Shown: positions 31,321 to 41,408 of the stretch, one piece after another
How positions within the stretch are numbered: the first letter of the stretch is position 1
How the letters are laid out: the number at the start of each line of letters is the position of its first letter
Source of the DNA: an uncultured Planctomycetia bacterium
GTDB taxonomy: Bacteria > Planctomycetota > Planctomycetia > Pirellulales > Pirellulaceae
Direction: 5' to 3'
Assembly: GCA_963714965.1 (NCBI GenBank)
Contig: CAVQQG010000001.1
Location: 1,480,653-1,544,652 of the forward strand
DNA: 64,000 bases
The notes under the pieces: model-generated
The model's database searches: none
The model's input: the letters and a program-made list of their open reading frames with translations, nothing else
Told to the model about the DNA's origin: nothing
Made by a program: the position numbers and the translations under genes

Positions 31321-31486
31321 ATTCCGGTTCGCCGTCGCAGACCCCCGGGGCACCACGAAACGGCGAACAAAAATTCTAAGCGTCGCCAACAGGCCGGTCA
31401 ACAACGACGGGATGGACGGCAAGCAAAGGGGGTGCCGTCGGCGAGAGACGACACCCCGGGTTTCCAGCCAGCAACGGGCCGGCGGT

Positions 31487-32515
31487 CTAGATCAGCCGTG
31501 ACAGCTGATCGGTCAGGCCACCGTCCCCCACGTTGATTCGCAGGTTCGTGCTGCCGGCGACCTTTTCCAGGACTTCCAGCTCACGCAACCGCACCAACAT
31601 CGGGTTGGCTTCCAGCAACCGGGCCGTGTTGGCCTGGGACCGGATTGCCGCCGTTTCCTCACGCCGCGCGATCAGGTTGGCTTCGGCCGCCTTTTTGGCT
31701 TCCGTGACCCGGTTCATCAGCTCCTTCATATCGCCCGGCAAAATAATGTCACGGATACCCAACTGGATCACTTCGGCACCCAGCTGGTTTGCCCGGGCTG
31801 CCAGTTGCTGGTGAACCTCGCCGGCCAGCGCGTTTTTGTCGTTCAGGAACGCATCCAGTTCGTACCGGCCGACGACTTCCCGCAGCGCCATCTGGGCGGC
31901 CCGGTACAACGCCTGACCGTGGTTGTCGCTGGAGCTGACGGCCCGTCGCGGATCGGCAACCCGGTACATCAGGGCGGCGTTCAGTCGCAACGTTACCTTG
32001 TCGCTGGTCATCAATTCCTGACCGGATACGTCCAGCGCCTGTTCACGCATGTCGATTTCCACGATCTTGCTGTCAGCCAGACCGCGCCAAAATGCGAAGC
32101 GGCCGGCCTGCAGCGTATCGACGTATCGGCCTTCAATGAACAGAACCCCGGCCCGGTCCCGCGCGATATCGGCAATGTCCAGAGCCTTGTGCACACCGGC
32201 GGTGCGCGTGATCACGGCGAACTCATCATGTCGAAATCGCGTTTGCCGGGCGTCCATGACTTCCACCCGAACGTCATGCGAGACCGTCCACAGCGCGTAA
32301 TGACCGGCTGCCAGGATGCCATGAAACCGGCCATCGACCCAAACCAGGGCGCGCTGGTAGTCGCGCAAGTCCAGATTGATGGCCCGCCCCTTCAGCTGAC
32401 CGGAGGCAACGATCTCGTCCAGTTGCTCGTGCGCGAAAACCACGGACCGGGTCGAAATAACCTGCAACCGGATCCGGGAAAATGGATCAAACAACCAGTG
32501 GCGGCCGGATTCCAA
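31487..32515 (-). CDS. SPFH / band-7 domain protein
   Basis: Stomatin/prohibitin-like core followed by a coiled-coil tail. Confidence 0.75.
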   Translation of the reverse strand: MESGRHWLFDPFSRIRLQVISTRSVVFAHEQLDEIVASGQLKGRAINLDLRDYQRALVWVDGRFHGILAAGHYALWTVSHDVRVEVMDARQTRFRHDEFAVITRTAGVHKALDIADIARDRAGVLFIEGRYVDTLQAGRFAFWRGLADSKIVEIDMREQALDVSGQELMTSDKVTLRLNAALMYRVADPRRAVSSSDNHGQALYRAAQMALREVVGRYELDAFLNDKNALAGEVHQQLAARANQLGAEVIQLGIRDIILPGDMKELMNRVTEAKKAAEANLIARREETAAIRSQANTARLLEANPMLVRLRELEVLEKVAGSTNLRINVGDGGLTDQLSRLI

Positions 32516-33080
32516 CAGCCGCTCAAAGGTCGCCGTCGCGGAACACGAGGCCGAGCTGGTGGGCGTCGATTCGAAATAGTCGGATCATGATTTCCTCAAT
32601 CAGGTAAAAGCCAAACGCTTCAGTCAGGAGAGTCCGCGGCGGTCGGGGTTCGTTGTCGTTCGGCTGAATTGCCAAAAAAGTCCGTTGGCCTGCGAGTCAA
32701 AAAGCCGATCCCGTGCAACCACGCGGAATGCCGATCCCGGCCTGGTCCATCGGCCGTCGGCCGGAACGCGCCCGGTTGAACTGCGGCCCCGAGGGGGCCG
32801 CCGCGGCCGGTGGACGAACGGGCGTCGGGCCGACGGGCGTCCTGACAGGTGATCGCGCATTGCAAGGCGCCGTCGGCAAGGTGCGGACGTGGCCGCTCCA
32901 CGATGTATCCGAACGGAGAGAATCCCGTGTGCACAAGTCACCGGGCATACTCCGAAACTGGATCAACGGGAGACGGTTCCACGCCCGCCGATCATTTTTT
33001 TGGTCGCAGGCCACCGGATGCAGAACCAGGCCATGACGGCCTGGAAAGGGACTTTCGTCCCGCCGCGTCAACCACGCGTT

Positions 33081-33153
33081 GGTGTGGTACGGGACTCGAA
33101 CCCGCAACAGCCAGTTGGGTAAACTGGTGCTCTTCCGGTTGAGCTAACCGCGC
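33081..33153 (-). pseudogene. degenerate tRNA-like element (probable tRNA pseudogene)
   Basis: Good D-arm (GCTC-AACCGGAA-GAGC), anticodon stem, V-loop and consensus T-arm (GCGGG-TTCGAGT-CCCGT). The acceptor stem has two C.A mismatches. The anticodon loop UUACCCA gives A34 and C37, which is non-canonical. No CCA. Confidence 0.35.
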
Positions 33154-33317
33154 TGCACTGGTTTCGAACCTGTTCACGGTACACGGCGGAACCAGGACGA
33201 AAATCGTCGGCCCCCGCGCCGCCAGAACAATGCAACGCCTGACAGGAGTCCTCGACGCCGATCCAGGTTCGCACAAGTGGGCGGGCCTGGTGACGGCGGA
33301 GATGACAGAATGCGGAT

Positions 33318-33689
33318 TTAGCCGCGTTGCACGGCGACGAAATTCCAGCCGGACAGAAACCAGCCGTTGCTGAAAGGATCACTCCAGCGGCACTCGGCCA
33401 GTACAATTGACGAGGCCCCTTGCAGGCGACTGATCTCGATGCGGGCCATGGTTCCCGGGACGAAGCCTTCGGCACTGATCACGCCCAGGCCCATGCCCGA
33501 AATGTCGCGGGTCAGGGCGTTTACCTTGCGGCCGCTCTCCTCGCGAGGTTCAATCACCACGGGCCGGGACAACTGTTGCCGCGAAGCATCTCGCCGCTCG
33601 CCAATCTTGACCCGCGTCTCTTCATCCAGAATTTGCTCGACCAGCCGTTGCAGATCGGGACTGGCCGCATGGGTAGTGCTGCGTAACAT
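33318..33689 (-). CDS. PilZ domain protein (c-di-GMP receptor)
   Basis: RRDASR (RxxxR) and DISGMG (DxSxxG) PilZ motifs. Confidence 0.7.
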   Translation of the reverse strand: MLRSTTHAASPDLQRLVEQILDEETRVKIGERRDASRQQLSRPVVIEPREESGRKVNALTRDISGMGLGVISAEGFVPGTMARIEISRLQGASSIVLAECRWSDPFSNGWFLSGWNFVAVQRG

Positions 33690-33937
33690 GGAGTTTCCTG
33701 AATGTGTTGGGGTCCGGGCGGTTAAAATTCACGATTCCGGCCGTATTCCTTCAAAGCCTGTCACAGAAAGCCGGCCTTGACCAGGAAAATTCCGGCAAAC
33801 TTTCAAATGGGTCACCGAACACCCCTGTGACCGGTACATTCAGCCAACCCTTGCCCCGCAAGGAACCGGACCTGACAATCGAGGTTGTTTTTGGACCACA
33901 TTGTTTCCCCGGGTCTTCTCCGCACTGCGCCCCTGGT

Positions 33938-34954
33938 ATGAGCGTCACCATCCATTCTGACTCGTCAGCACCGGCCATTTCCGTGCGGCACCTGTCCAAG
34001 ACCTACGTGAATGGCCTCGTATTTCGCAAAAGACTGCCGGCACTGCGCGATGTGTCGTTTGACGTCGGGCGGAGCGAGGTGTTTGGATTACTGGGCCCCA
34101 ACGGCGCCGGCAAAACCACGTTTTTGAAGATCCTGCTGGGCATTATTCGCAAATCCGGCGGATCCGCTTCCATGCTGGGCCATCCGGCCGGGATTCGGCG
34201 GGGACGACGCCAGGTGGGTTACCTGCCGGAACAATTGCGGATTCCCCGGCATCTGACGGGCTTCACGGCCCTGGATTACTACGGGCGATTGAGTGGCCTG
34301 GGCATCCGCGAAATCAAATCCAAACGGCATTCCCTGCTGGAATTTGTCGGGCTGGCCGGGCGGGGCAGCGACCCGATTGCCCGGTATTCCAAGGGGATGT
34401 TGCAGCGGCTGGGGTTGGCCCAGGCTCTGTTGCACGACCCCCAATTACTGGTGCTGGACGAACCCACCGACGGACTGGACCCCGGTGCCCGGGCCGAAAT
34501 CCGCAAATTGATGACGGACTTGCGCTCGCGCGGCGTCACGATATTCCTCAACAGCCACCTGCTGCAGGAGGTTGAGATGGTGTGCGATCGCGTCGCCATC
34601 CTGGATCGCGGTTCCCTTCGGTATTGCGGGGCCGTTCAGGACATCGACGACTTCATCAACCAGCGTGATGTTGCGTCGATCGCCGTGCGTTTCGAACTGG
34701 CGGGGACCGAGGCGACCATTCGCACGGCCCTCTCCCAACCGGGCTGTGAAATCCTCGCCTGCGAGGTTCAGACCGGACGGGTCGTCCTGTCGGCCCGCCT
34801 GGCTGATCAGGCGGGAATCGATGCGGCGATCGACCGGCTCCGCGCGGCTGACATCAGTTTGCTGGGGATGGGTCGCCAGTCGTCCAGTCTGGAAGAAGCT
34901 TTTCTGAAAATTGTGGGAAACGATACGCCGGATCGCGACGCGCCGCCCACCTGA
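33938..34954 (+). CDS. ABC transporter ATP-binding protein
   Basis: Walker A GPNGAGKTT, ABC signature LSGGM-like region, Walker B. Confidence 0.85.
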   Translation: MSVTIHSDSSAPAISVRHLSKTYVNGLVFRKRLPALRDVSFDVGRSEVFGLLGPNGAGKTTFLKILLGIIRKSGGSASMLGHPAGIRRGRRQVGYLPEQLRIPRHLTGFTALDYYGRLSGLGIREIKSKRHSLLEFVGLAGRGSDPIARYSKGMLQRLGLAQALLHDPQLLVLDEPTDGLDPGARAEIRKLMTDLRSRGVTIFLNSHLLQEVEMVCDRVAILDRGSLRYCGAVQDIDDFINQRDVASIAVRFELAGTEATIRTALSQPGCEILACEVQTGRVVLSARLADQAGIDAAIDRLRAADISLLGMGRQSSSLEEAFLKIVGNDTPDRDAPPT

Positions 34955-34999
34955 CATGTGCCCCGGCGCACGCGGACCTGAACCTGTTGCGGATTTAAA

Positions 35000-37401
35000 T
35001 TGATTATGTTTCGGGCATACCTGGCAGTCATTCACGACTCGTTTCGCGCGGCCCTGGCCTCGCGCGTACTGTACATCGTGCTGGGCCTGATTCTGCTGGT
35101 GCTGGTAGTGTTGGCGCCCCTGCACTTGCGGGAACAAACCGACTGGGAATTGCAGTCCCAGGAACATTTTATCAATCCGCCCCGGTTGGCCCTGCGTTTG
35201 GTCGAGGAGGGCAAAGCCGGGACACGGGGCGCCGTGGAACACGTTTGGAATCAGCTTTCCCCCGAATTGCAGCAACGCCTGGAAAAAGTCGCTGCATCTC
35301 CCGAAGAACTGGCAGAACCGGATGACTCCGGCCCTCCCCGGGGCGACCGGATATTTCGCAGTCTGGCCAATGAGCTGAATGCCGTCATGGCTCGACGTGA
35401 TTTTTACGATGCCGAGGCCTTTTCCGGAAAGCGCTTGCCGGATGAGGCCACGATGCTGCTGAATCAGGGAACGGCTGCGCTTTCCGATATCGAAGTCAAA
35501 CGACTGAATCGATTGCTCATCGCCACGGCCCTGCGGCGTGACATCGCCATGCCCCGGCGATCCCAAATCGACTTTTATTACGGGCCGTGGCGGTGGGACG
35601 CTCTGACCACAAGTATTTCACATGCCGAACTGGCCAACACGGTATCCGGCCAGCTGCTGTTCTTTTTTGACAAATTTGTCATGTCCATCGGGATCTTCAT
35701 TGCGATCCTCGTGACTGCCTCGATTATCCCGGAAATGCTGGAACCCGGTTCGTTGAACCTGTTGTTGAGCAAGCCGGTTTTCCGCTGGGGCCTGCTGCTC
35801 GCCAAGTTTGTCGGCGGCTGCGCGTTTATTCTGCTGTGTGCGGCGGTGTTTTTCAGCGGCATCTGGCTGTGGATGGGTATCCAGCTGGGGATGTGGGAAT
35901 CGGCAATCCTGTACAGTATTCCGATTTATCTGGTGGTGTTCGCCATGTACTACTCGGTTTCCGTGCTGGCCGGTATTTGGTTTCGCAGTCCGATTCTGTG
36001 CATCACCTTCGCCGTCCTTTTCTGGGCCATCTGTTTTGCGATCGGGTTTGGGTACCAGCGTCTGAACAACCGGTTTTACAATATCGCTCCGGTCGAGATG
36101 GTGGCTGCCGGAAACGGCGTGATGTATGTCGATCTGCTGCAGAACAAGCAGTTTTGGAACGGCTTCGACTGGGAAACGGTAACGCTCCGTTCGCCCCGCG
36201 AGGAAGATACGGCTTTCGCGGTGGCCAGTTTCATGGCCCGGTTGGACGAATTGCCCGATTTCCCCGGTCCGGTGTGGGACCCAGGCGGCCAACGGCTGCT
36301 GGCCAGTGATGCCGGCTTGCCGGCCGGCGCGGCAGCCGGTTCCGACTGGATCTCGGTCCGCCACGATTCTGGCTGGACGGCACGGCCGGAAGGCAAATTG
36401 CCCACTGGCACACGGGTCCTGTTGGCGGCTGCCGATTCGCGGGTCTACGCCCTCGATCGATCCGGATTCCTGTTCCGCAGAGACCTGCCGGAGCCATCAC
36501 CCCGCCCGGCCGCCGACCCGGCGGCATCCGGGGAATCGTCCGACCCGCCAGCCCCCGGCTTGCTCAATCGTCTGCTCAATTCGGCCAGCAGCGCCAGTGA
36601 CTTCGTCAAGGTCAGCGGCTACGAGGAGCCGCTGGATCTTTTGGGGACGCAATCCGCCGCCATGAACGAACGCGAGGAGATTGCCCTTTATTCACGCGGC
36701 CAGCTGACGATCCTGTCCATGGCTGGCAGCGACCAGTTTCAGGTGCTGCGTCAGGCCATGCTGGGCCAGCAGGAAAACCTGCGAATGACTTCGCACGTGC
36801 AATTCCGGGGCGACAACGTTTTCATCATGTTCGGCAACGGACGGTTTTTTCATATTCGGGCAAACGGCCTGGAAACGGTATGGACAGACGTTATTGCGAG
36901 CCGGACCGCAGTTCGCAGCTTGTCGGCGGCCCCCGACGGACGGTTTGTTGCCGTAACGTTTCGTGATGGCCGAATCTGGCTGTATGACGTGGAACAACAG
37001 ACGGAAGCCGGCCGTTACCCCTTCGGCGGACAGGGGGATATCATGACCGCCACGTTTGACGCGCAAGGCCGCTTGTGGACCGGCGATCGTTTTCGGGGCG
37101 CTGGGCGTGGGACCTGGACCGCGGCGCCCAGGTCGATTCCTGGCAGCCCCCGGGAGACTGGTTAACTCGCTCTTTCCGGTATCTGATCCGTCCGTTGTAC
37201 CGGGTCTTTCCCAAACCGGGCGAGTTTTACAAGGTGCTGGCCCGGTTGTCCTCGGCCAGCGACACCCGGTACAACCCCCAAATCGATTTGACCCAGCAAC
37301 CCCAGAGCGATGATCCGTGGCAACCGCTGTGGAGCGGGCTGTGGTTCACACTGGTCATGTTGGGTATCTCCTGCTGGGTATTCCAGCGAACGGATTACTA
37401 G
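35000..37401 (+). CDS. ABC-2 type permease fused to a large extracytoplasmic domain (GldF/GldG-like architecture), frameshifted near 37090
   Basis: N-terminal TM helices, large soluble middle and a C-terminal TM helix. The last 100 aa continue in another frame (ORF 37075..37401) after a 1-nt slip at ttttcggggcg. Confidence 0.65.
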
Positions 37402-37636
37402 CGGCGCGTCAAGGTCCTCGTGTTGGGATTCAGCGACCGTGGCCGGGGCATCTTGCCCCGGTATGCTGCGGCTGGAAGCCACCGCCACGAACAGGCCTGC
37501 CCCAACGCCTCATGGTGACGCGACACTGGCCCGTGCACCCGTTCGATCCGGTGCCACGGCGGGCTGCTCCAGCCGTGTATTGCACGGTCGATGCCGACGG
37601 TCACCGGGCCCGCCACGCAACCCCGCCCCGCGTACG

Positions 37637-38293
37637 TCAGGCACTGGTTCGACGGCGCTTCAAGCAAGCCAGCCCCACGCTGATGGACCACAGACAGGCG
37701 CAGCCGGCTGGTTCGGGAATGGCTGCGCTGTCGACAAAGGTCCGAAAGCCATGATCCTGGGACGGCGTCAGGAAAGCCCAGGGTCCCGGCGGGTTGATCT
37801 GGCGGGCCACGGCGTCACCCGCCGCGTAATCTTCGGGCTGCCCGGTATCCCCGTCAACCAGCAAAAAATAAGGCCCAATGGAACTGGAGGTGCTGATCCC
37901 AAATGCCAAAACATCGTTGACATCCACCGCAATGGCGGCCGCGCTGATATCAAAGGAAACAAATCCCGCTGTGCCCAGCGGAACCAGCGCTTCCGGGATG
38001 GACACGCTGACCAGCGGCGCTCCGTCGGGGACTCCACCGAGTGTGTTGTAAACGTTGAGTACCGGGTCCGCGGTCGGGTCAAAAATACCCCCCAGGCGAA
38101 ACATCAATACATCGATATGGTCCAGGGTGCCGGCAACACCCACCGTAAAGGTCTGGCCCACCTCGTTGACATTTCCGTTGGTGCTGTTGGCGGCTCCGCT
38201 GACAAAAACGTGCTGCTGGTCCAAAACGACGTCTCCATAAGCCGCTGCCGCGACCAGCAGGCTGATGGCAGTGATTGGCAATCGATAAATCAT
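37637..38293 (-). CDS. PEP-CTERM sorting-domain secreted protein
   Basis: Signal peptide. C-terminus IPEPAG + TM + KRRRTSA matches the PEP-CTERM exosortase signal. Confidence 0.7.
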   Translation of the reverse strand: MIYRLPITAISLLVAAAAYGDVVLDQQHVFVSGAANSTNGNVNEVGQTFTVGVAGTLDHIDVLMFRLGGIFDPTADPVLNVYNTLGGVPDGAPLVSVSIPEALVPLGTAGFVSFDISAAAIAVDVNDVLAFGISTSSSIGPYFLLVDGDTGQPEDYAAGDAVARQINPPGPWAFLTPSQDHGFRTFVDSAAIPEPAGCACLWSISVGLACLKRRRTSA

Positions 38294-38701
38294 GCTGGAA
38301 ACCCTTGTCAAATGACCCGCCGTCCAGGGGCGTGATTCCGGGTGTTCCATCACCGCGCGGCGTAACATGCGGTTGCGAGCCCGATGACGGACAACCACCC
38401 GATACTGAAGAATGAAAAAGTCCTCGGGGTCCGGGATCCTTTCACGATAATCGCAAAATCCGGAATTTTTCGGGAAATCCGGAGGGGTCCGGAAACCGGA
38501 CGGTGGCAGCCCCCGACACCCCGATTTTTCGACGCTTTCGCGGCCGGCGCGGAGCAACTCGACCGGCCGGACGATGACGGACATCCCCGGGAGACCTGCC
38601 CAAAAAATTCCGACCTGCGGACCGGACTTGTCCGGTCATCGGCGATACATCTCGTGTCAGGCCGACGCCTGTGACTGAACACCACCTGAAAGGAATCGCC
38701 G

Positions 38702-39025
38702 ATGTCCAAGTTTTATGTTCAATGCGGGTCGTTCGAATTGGTAACGGTCGCAGCCGACTCCCACTCCGCCGCCCTGTGGGCCATGCATCGTTATCTGAGC
38801 GACCGGGTCGCACTGGACTCGATCGACTGGGACGATCCCGCTACGATTGACCGGCCGGATCTGATCCACGCGATGCTGAATCTGGGGGACCATCTGCTGG
38901 TCTCCGAGGTTGGCATTGGCCGCAGTGAAGCTGCCTGTCTGGATACCGCCGACGTGATGACCGAGTGGAATCAGCTGATGGTGGCGGTGGGCCGCCTGGT
39001 GCAGACGTTTGACCACGGCGGCTGA
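38702..39025 (+). CDS. hypothetical protein
   Basis: AAAGGA RBS 8 nt upstream of the ATG. No recognisable domain. Confidence 0.5.
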   Translation: MSKFYVQCGSFELVTVAADSHSAALWAMHRYLSDRVALDSIDWDDPATIDRPDLIHAMLNLGDHLLVSEVGIGRSEAACLDTADVMTEWNQLMVAVGRLVQTFDHGG

Positions 39026-39316
39026 GTGGATGGCGCTGGTGAGTTTGCGCGGATGTTGATTCGCACTATTTCATTCGGGCTGATCGCCGACTCGCCCGAT
39101 GTGGGCCCGATGTGGGCCCGATATCGCGCCGCAACAGAAAGGGTGCCCGGATACTTGCCCACGACCCGGCGGGAATACCCGGCCAGCGCCGTGCCGGCAG
39201 ATCGCACGGGTTAACCGCGGGATCCGCCGGATAACTTTGCGTCCCCCTTCCGGCACCCGGGGGCCCGCTAACTTCCGTGGCAAATGCGGCCCGGCAAGCC
39301 AGCAAGGGAACCGCCC

Positions 39317-39829
39317 CTAATCCCCTTCGCCGCCGAGTTCGTCATTGCACAACCGCATCATTAACTCGTGCTCTTGCTGTTCGTGCCGATTGAACTCCTG
39401 CACGAACGACTGGAATCCGGCCTGAATTGCCGCCAGAGACTTGCGCGGGTCGGATTCGCCGTAACTGGCCCCTTCGGCCAACTCGACCAGTTCACACAAA
39501 TTCAGAAACAGCATTTCATGCTGTGTCTTGAGACTATCGGCCCGGGTACTGATTTGCGGGTATACCAGTTCAGCGGTCTCAAAATATCCGTAAAACTCTT
39601 CCAGGGTGAAATGAGTTTCCAGTTCGTCGCGCAGCTGCCCCAGGTCCTCCGCCAGTGATCGCAGTGATTTCGGTGACCCGTCCGATAATCGCGTCTGCAC
39701 AATCTCCATGAGTTCCCGGGGGCGAACACTGTCCTCCTTGATGTCGAACAGAAAGGCCACGTTCAACGTCAAATGATGCAGCCCGGCCACGTCCTCGCGC
39801 AGATCACTTTCATTCAACCAGATGCTCAT
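39317..39829 (-). CDS. hypothetical protein (acidic, helical)
   Basis: GGGAGAG RBS before ATG 39829. No confident family assignment. Confidence 0.5.
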   Translation of the reverse strand: MSIWLNESDLREDVAGLHHLTLNVAFLFDIKEDSVRPRELMEIVQTRLSDGSPKSLRSLAEDLGQLRDELETHFTLEEFYGYFETAELVYPQISTRADSLKTQHEMLFLNLCELVELAEGASYGESDPRKSLAAIQAGFQSFVQEFNRHEQQEHELMMRLCNDELGGEGD

Positions 39830-40360
39830 GACATCTCTCCCCAAGACTCGAGGTCCGTCTGAATCGCCGGGGTGCCGACAGGTCCCGCGGCCACGGCTCA
39901 ATTCATTTTAAGCGTTTTGCGTTGCCAACACAAAACTTTTGGGCGTTGCCGGCGTTCCCGGGGCTGCCCAGGCAGAACATGATGGCCGGGATTACGCCCT
40001 TTGGTCGCTGGACGGACGAAAATGATCGGTGATCCATAGCGCCAACGGTACGCTCAGCCAGTTTTTTGAAGGATTTTGCGATCCCCTGCCGAAACCGGCC
40101 ATGTTGCGTTGGCCAGCGGACAGGTTGTCATCCGGTCGCATCAATTGCCGGGATTCTCCCCATCAATCCAGCGCCGCGTGCCAAACCTGGAATGCCCCGC
40201 TGACTTGCCGATAACCAGGACTGGGTGAGACTGCGTCACATGCTGCGCAGGGTGCGGCGCCGAACCACCCCGTGCCGGATTCGCGGCTCGGGCATCATTG
40301 CCGGTCACCGGCCAAACGGGTTACAATCGTCCGGTTTTTTGTTCCATGAAGGGAGGCGTC

Positions 40361-40630
40361 ATGCCCCAACACTCCAGGTATCAGCAGAACATTATTCGCA
40401 ATTACTATGACAACCGGGATGCGATCTCATTGCAACGCGCCCAGGAGTTGGTCACCGAGCTGTATCTGTCAGAGGGCAAAGGCCGCCAGCGGAACTGGAA
40501 AACCTTGCGGGGTCATCTGGAAAAACTGGGCGTTGCCCCGACGACAATCAACCATCTGGAAGAAAAGGATGATCCGGAACTGGTGGCCAACCTGATCACC
40601 CGGATTTCCAAAAAACAGGATTCTGCGTGA
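40361..40630 (+). CDS. hypothetical small protein
   Basis: AAGGGAGG RBS 6 nt before the ATG. Overlaps the next gene by ATGA. Confidence 0.5.
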   Translation: MPQHSRYQQNIIRNYYDNRDAISLQRAQELVTELYLSEGKGRQRNWKTLRGHLEKLGVAPTTINHLEEKDDPELVANLITRISKKQDSA

Positions 40631-41151
40631 GCGCCCGGGATTCCGATTCGCGCAACGTCGTGTCCGGACCGTCACGGTTGAGTGCCGGCCGGATCGACTT
40701 GCTGCAGCCCCGCCTCGCCCGGTTCAAACTGGTCTTTATGGCACTGGTGGCCGGCGTCATTCTGTTTGGCGCGGTGATTTTGGCGACAGGCGGTCCCCTG
40801 GAACTGGAGTTGCCCCCGTCGACGATTTCAACCGTCCTGCTGGGCGTCGGGCTTGTGACGGGTTTGCAGGGCATCTTGCTGCCCGGGTTGCTGCGCCGCA
40901 TGTCCGTCAAAAACCTGGCCCGGGACGCTGATTTGCAAGACGAACGTTTGGCCGACATCTGGTTCAGTTCGTCACTGATTGGCGCAGCGTTGCTGGAGTC
41001 GGCCGCGTTTCTGAACCTGATTGGCCTGTTACTGGAGCACAATCCAGTACATCTGTTGTTCGCCGGCATGTTCGCGGTCCTGATGTTGATGCACTACCCG
41101 GGAACGAACCGGATTCTGGACTGGATGGACCGGGCGTTGAGAGCGGAGTAA
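40627..41151 (+). CDS. hypothetical polytopic membrane protein
   Basis: Translationally coupled to the upstream ORF. Four predicted helices. Confidence 0.55.
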   Translation: MSARDSDSRNVVSGPSRLSAGRIDLLQPRLARFKLVFMALVAGVILFGAVILATGGPLELELPPSTISTVLLGVGLVTGLQGILLPGLLRRMSVKNLARDADLQDERLADIWFSSSLIGAALLESAAFLNLIGLLLEHNPVHLLFAGMFAVLMLMHYPGTNRILDWMDRALRAE

Positions 41152-41408
41152 CGCAGCCATCGCGCGGCCTGGCATCCAGACAATAATCCGCCCGATCCCG
41201 GCACCGGCTCTGCTTTTTTATGAGTGCTGTCACTTTGCCCCGGCCGTTGCCGGAGGCCATCGCTACAGGTTCGCTATAGGTTGAAAGTCGGCCTGCTGTT
41301 TACAATCGCGCTGGCGGAGCGGCCGGCGAAGCGGAAAAACACGCTTGTTCGTGGCGGACCGACGGCTTCGCGTCCGGACAACATCCTTGTCACACTTGTC
41401 GGGAGACC

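Noticed and set aside
31246-33153. tRNA-His plus a tRNA-like remnant as boundaries of an integrated island
   Set aside because: The remnant is not a duplicate of the tRNA-His 3' end (different T-arm). It lies on the 5' side of the minus-strand tRNA-His. No integrase or mobile genes lie between them, only an SPFH gene.
33081-33160. Plus-strand tRNA reading of the same tRNA-like locus (the acceptor pairs well on plus via G-U)
   Set aside because: On the plus strand the D-arm and T-arm cannot form. The consensus T-loop TTCGAGT and the D-loop only exist on the minus strand.
39097-39120. Direct repeat gatgtgggcccg x2 in the 39.0-39.3 kb spacer
   Set aside because: Only two short copies with no associated structure. 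Insufficient to call a feature.
41197-41220. Possible terminator (CCGG-CA-CCGG ... CUGCUUUUUUA) after the membrane-protein gene ending at 41151
   Set aside because: The stem is only 4 bp with a 2-nt loop. The T-run is real but the hairpin is too weak to call confidently.
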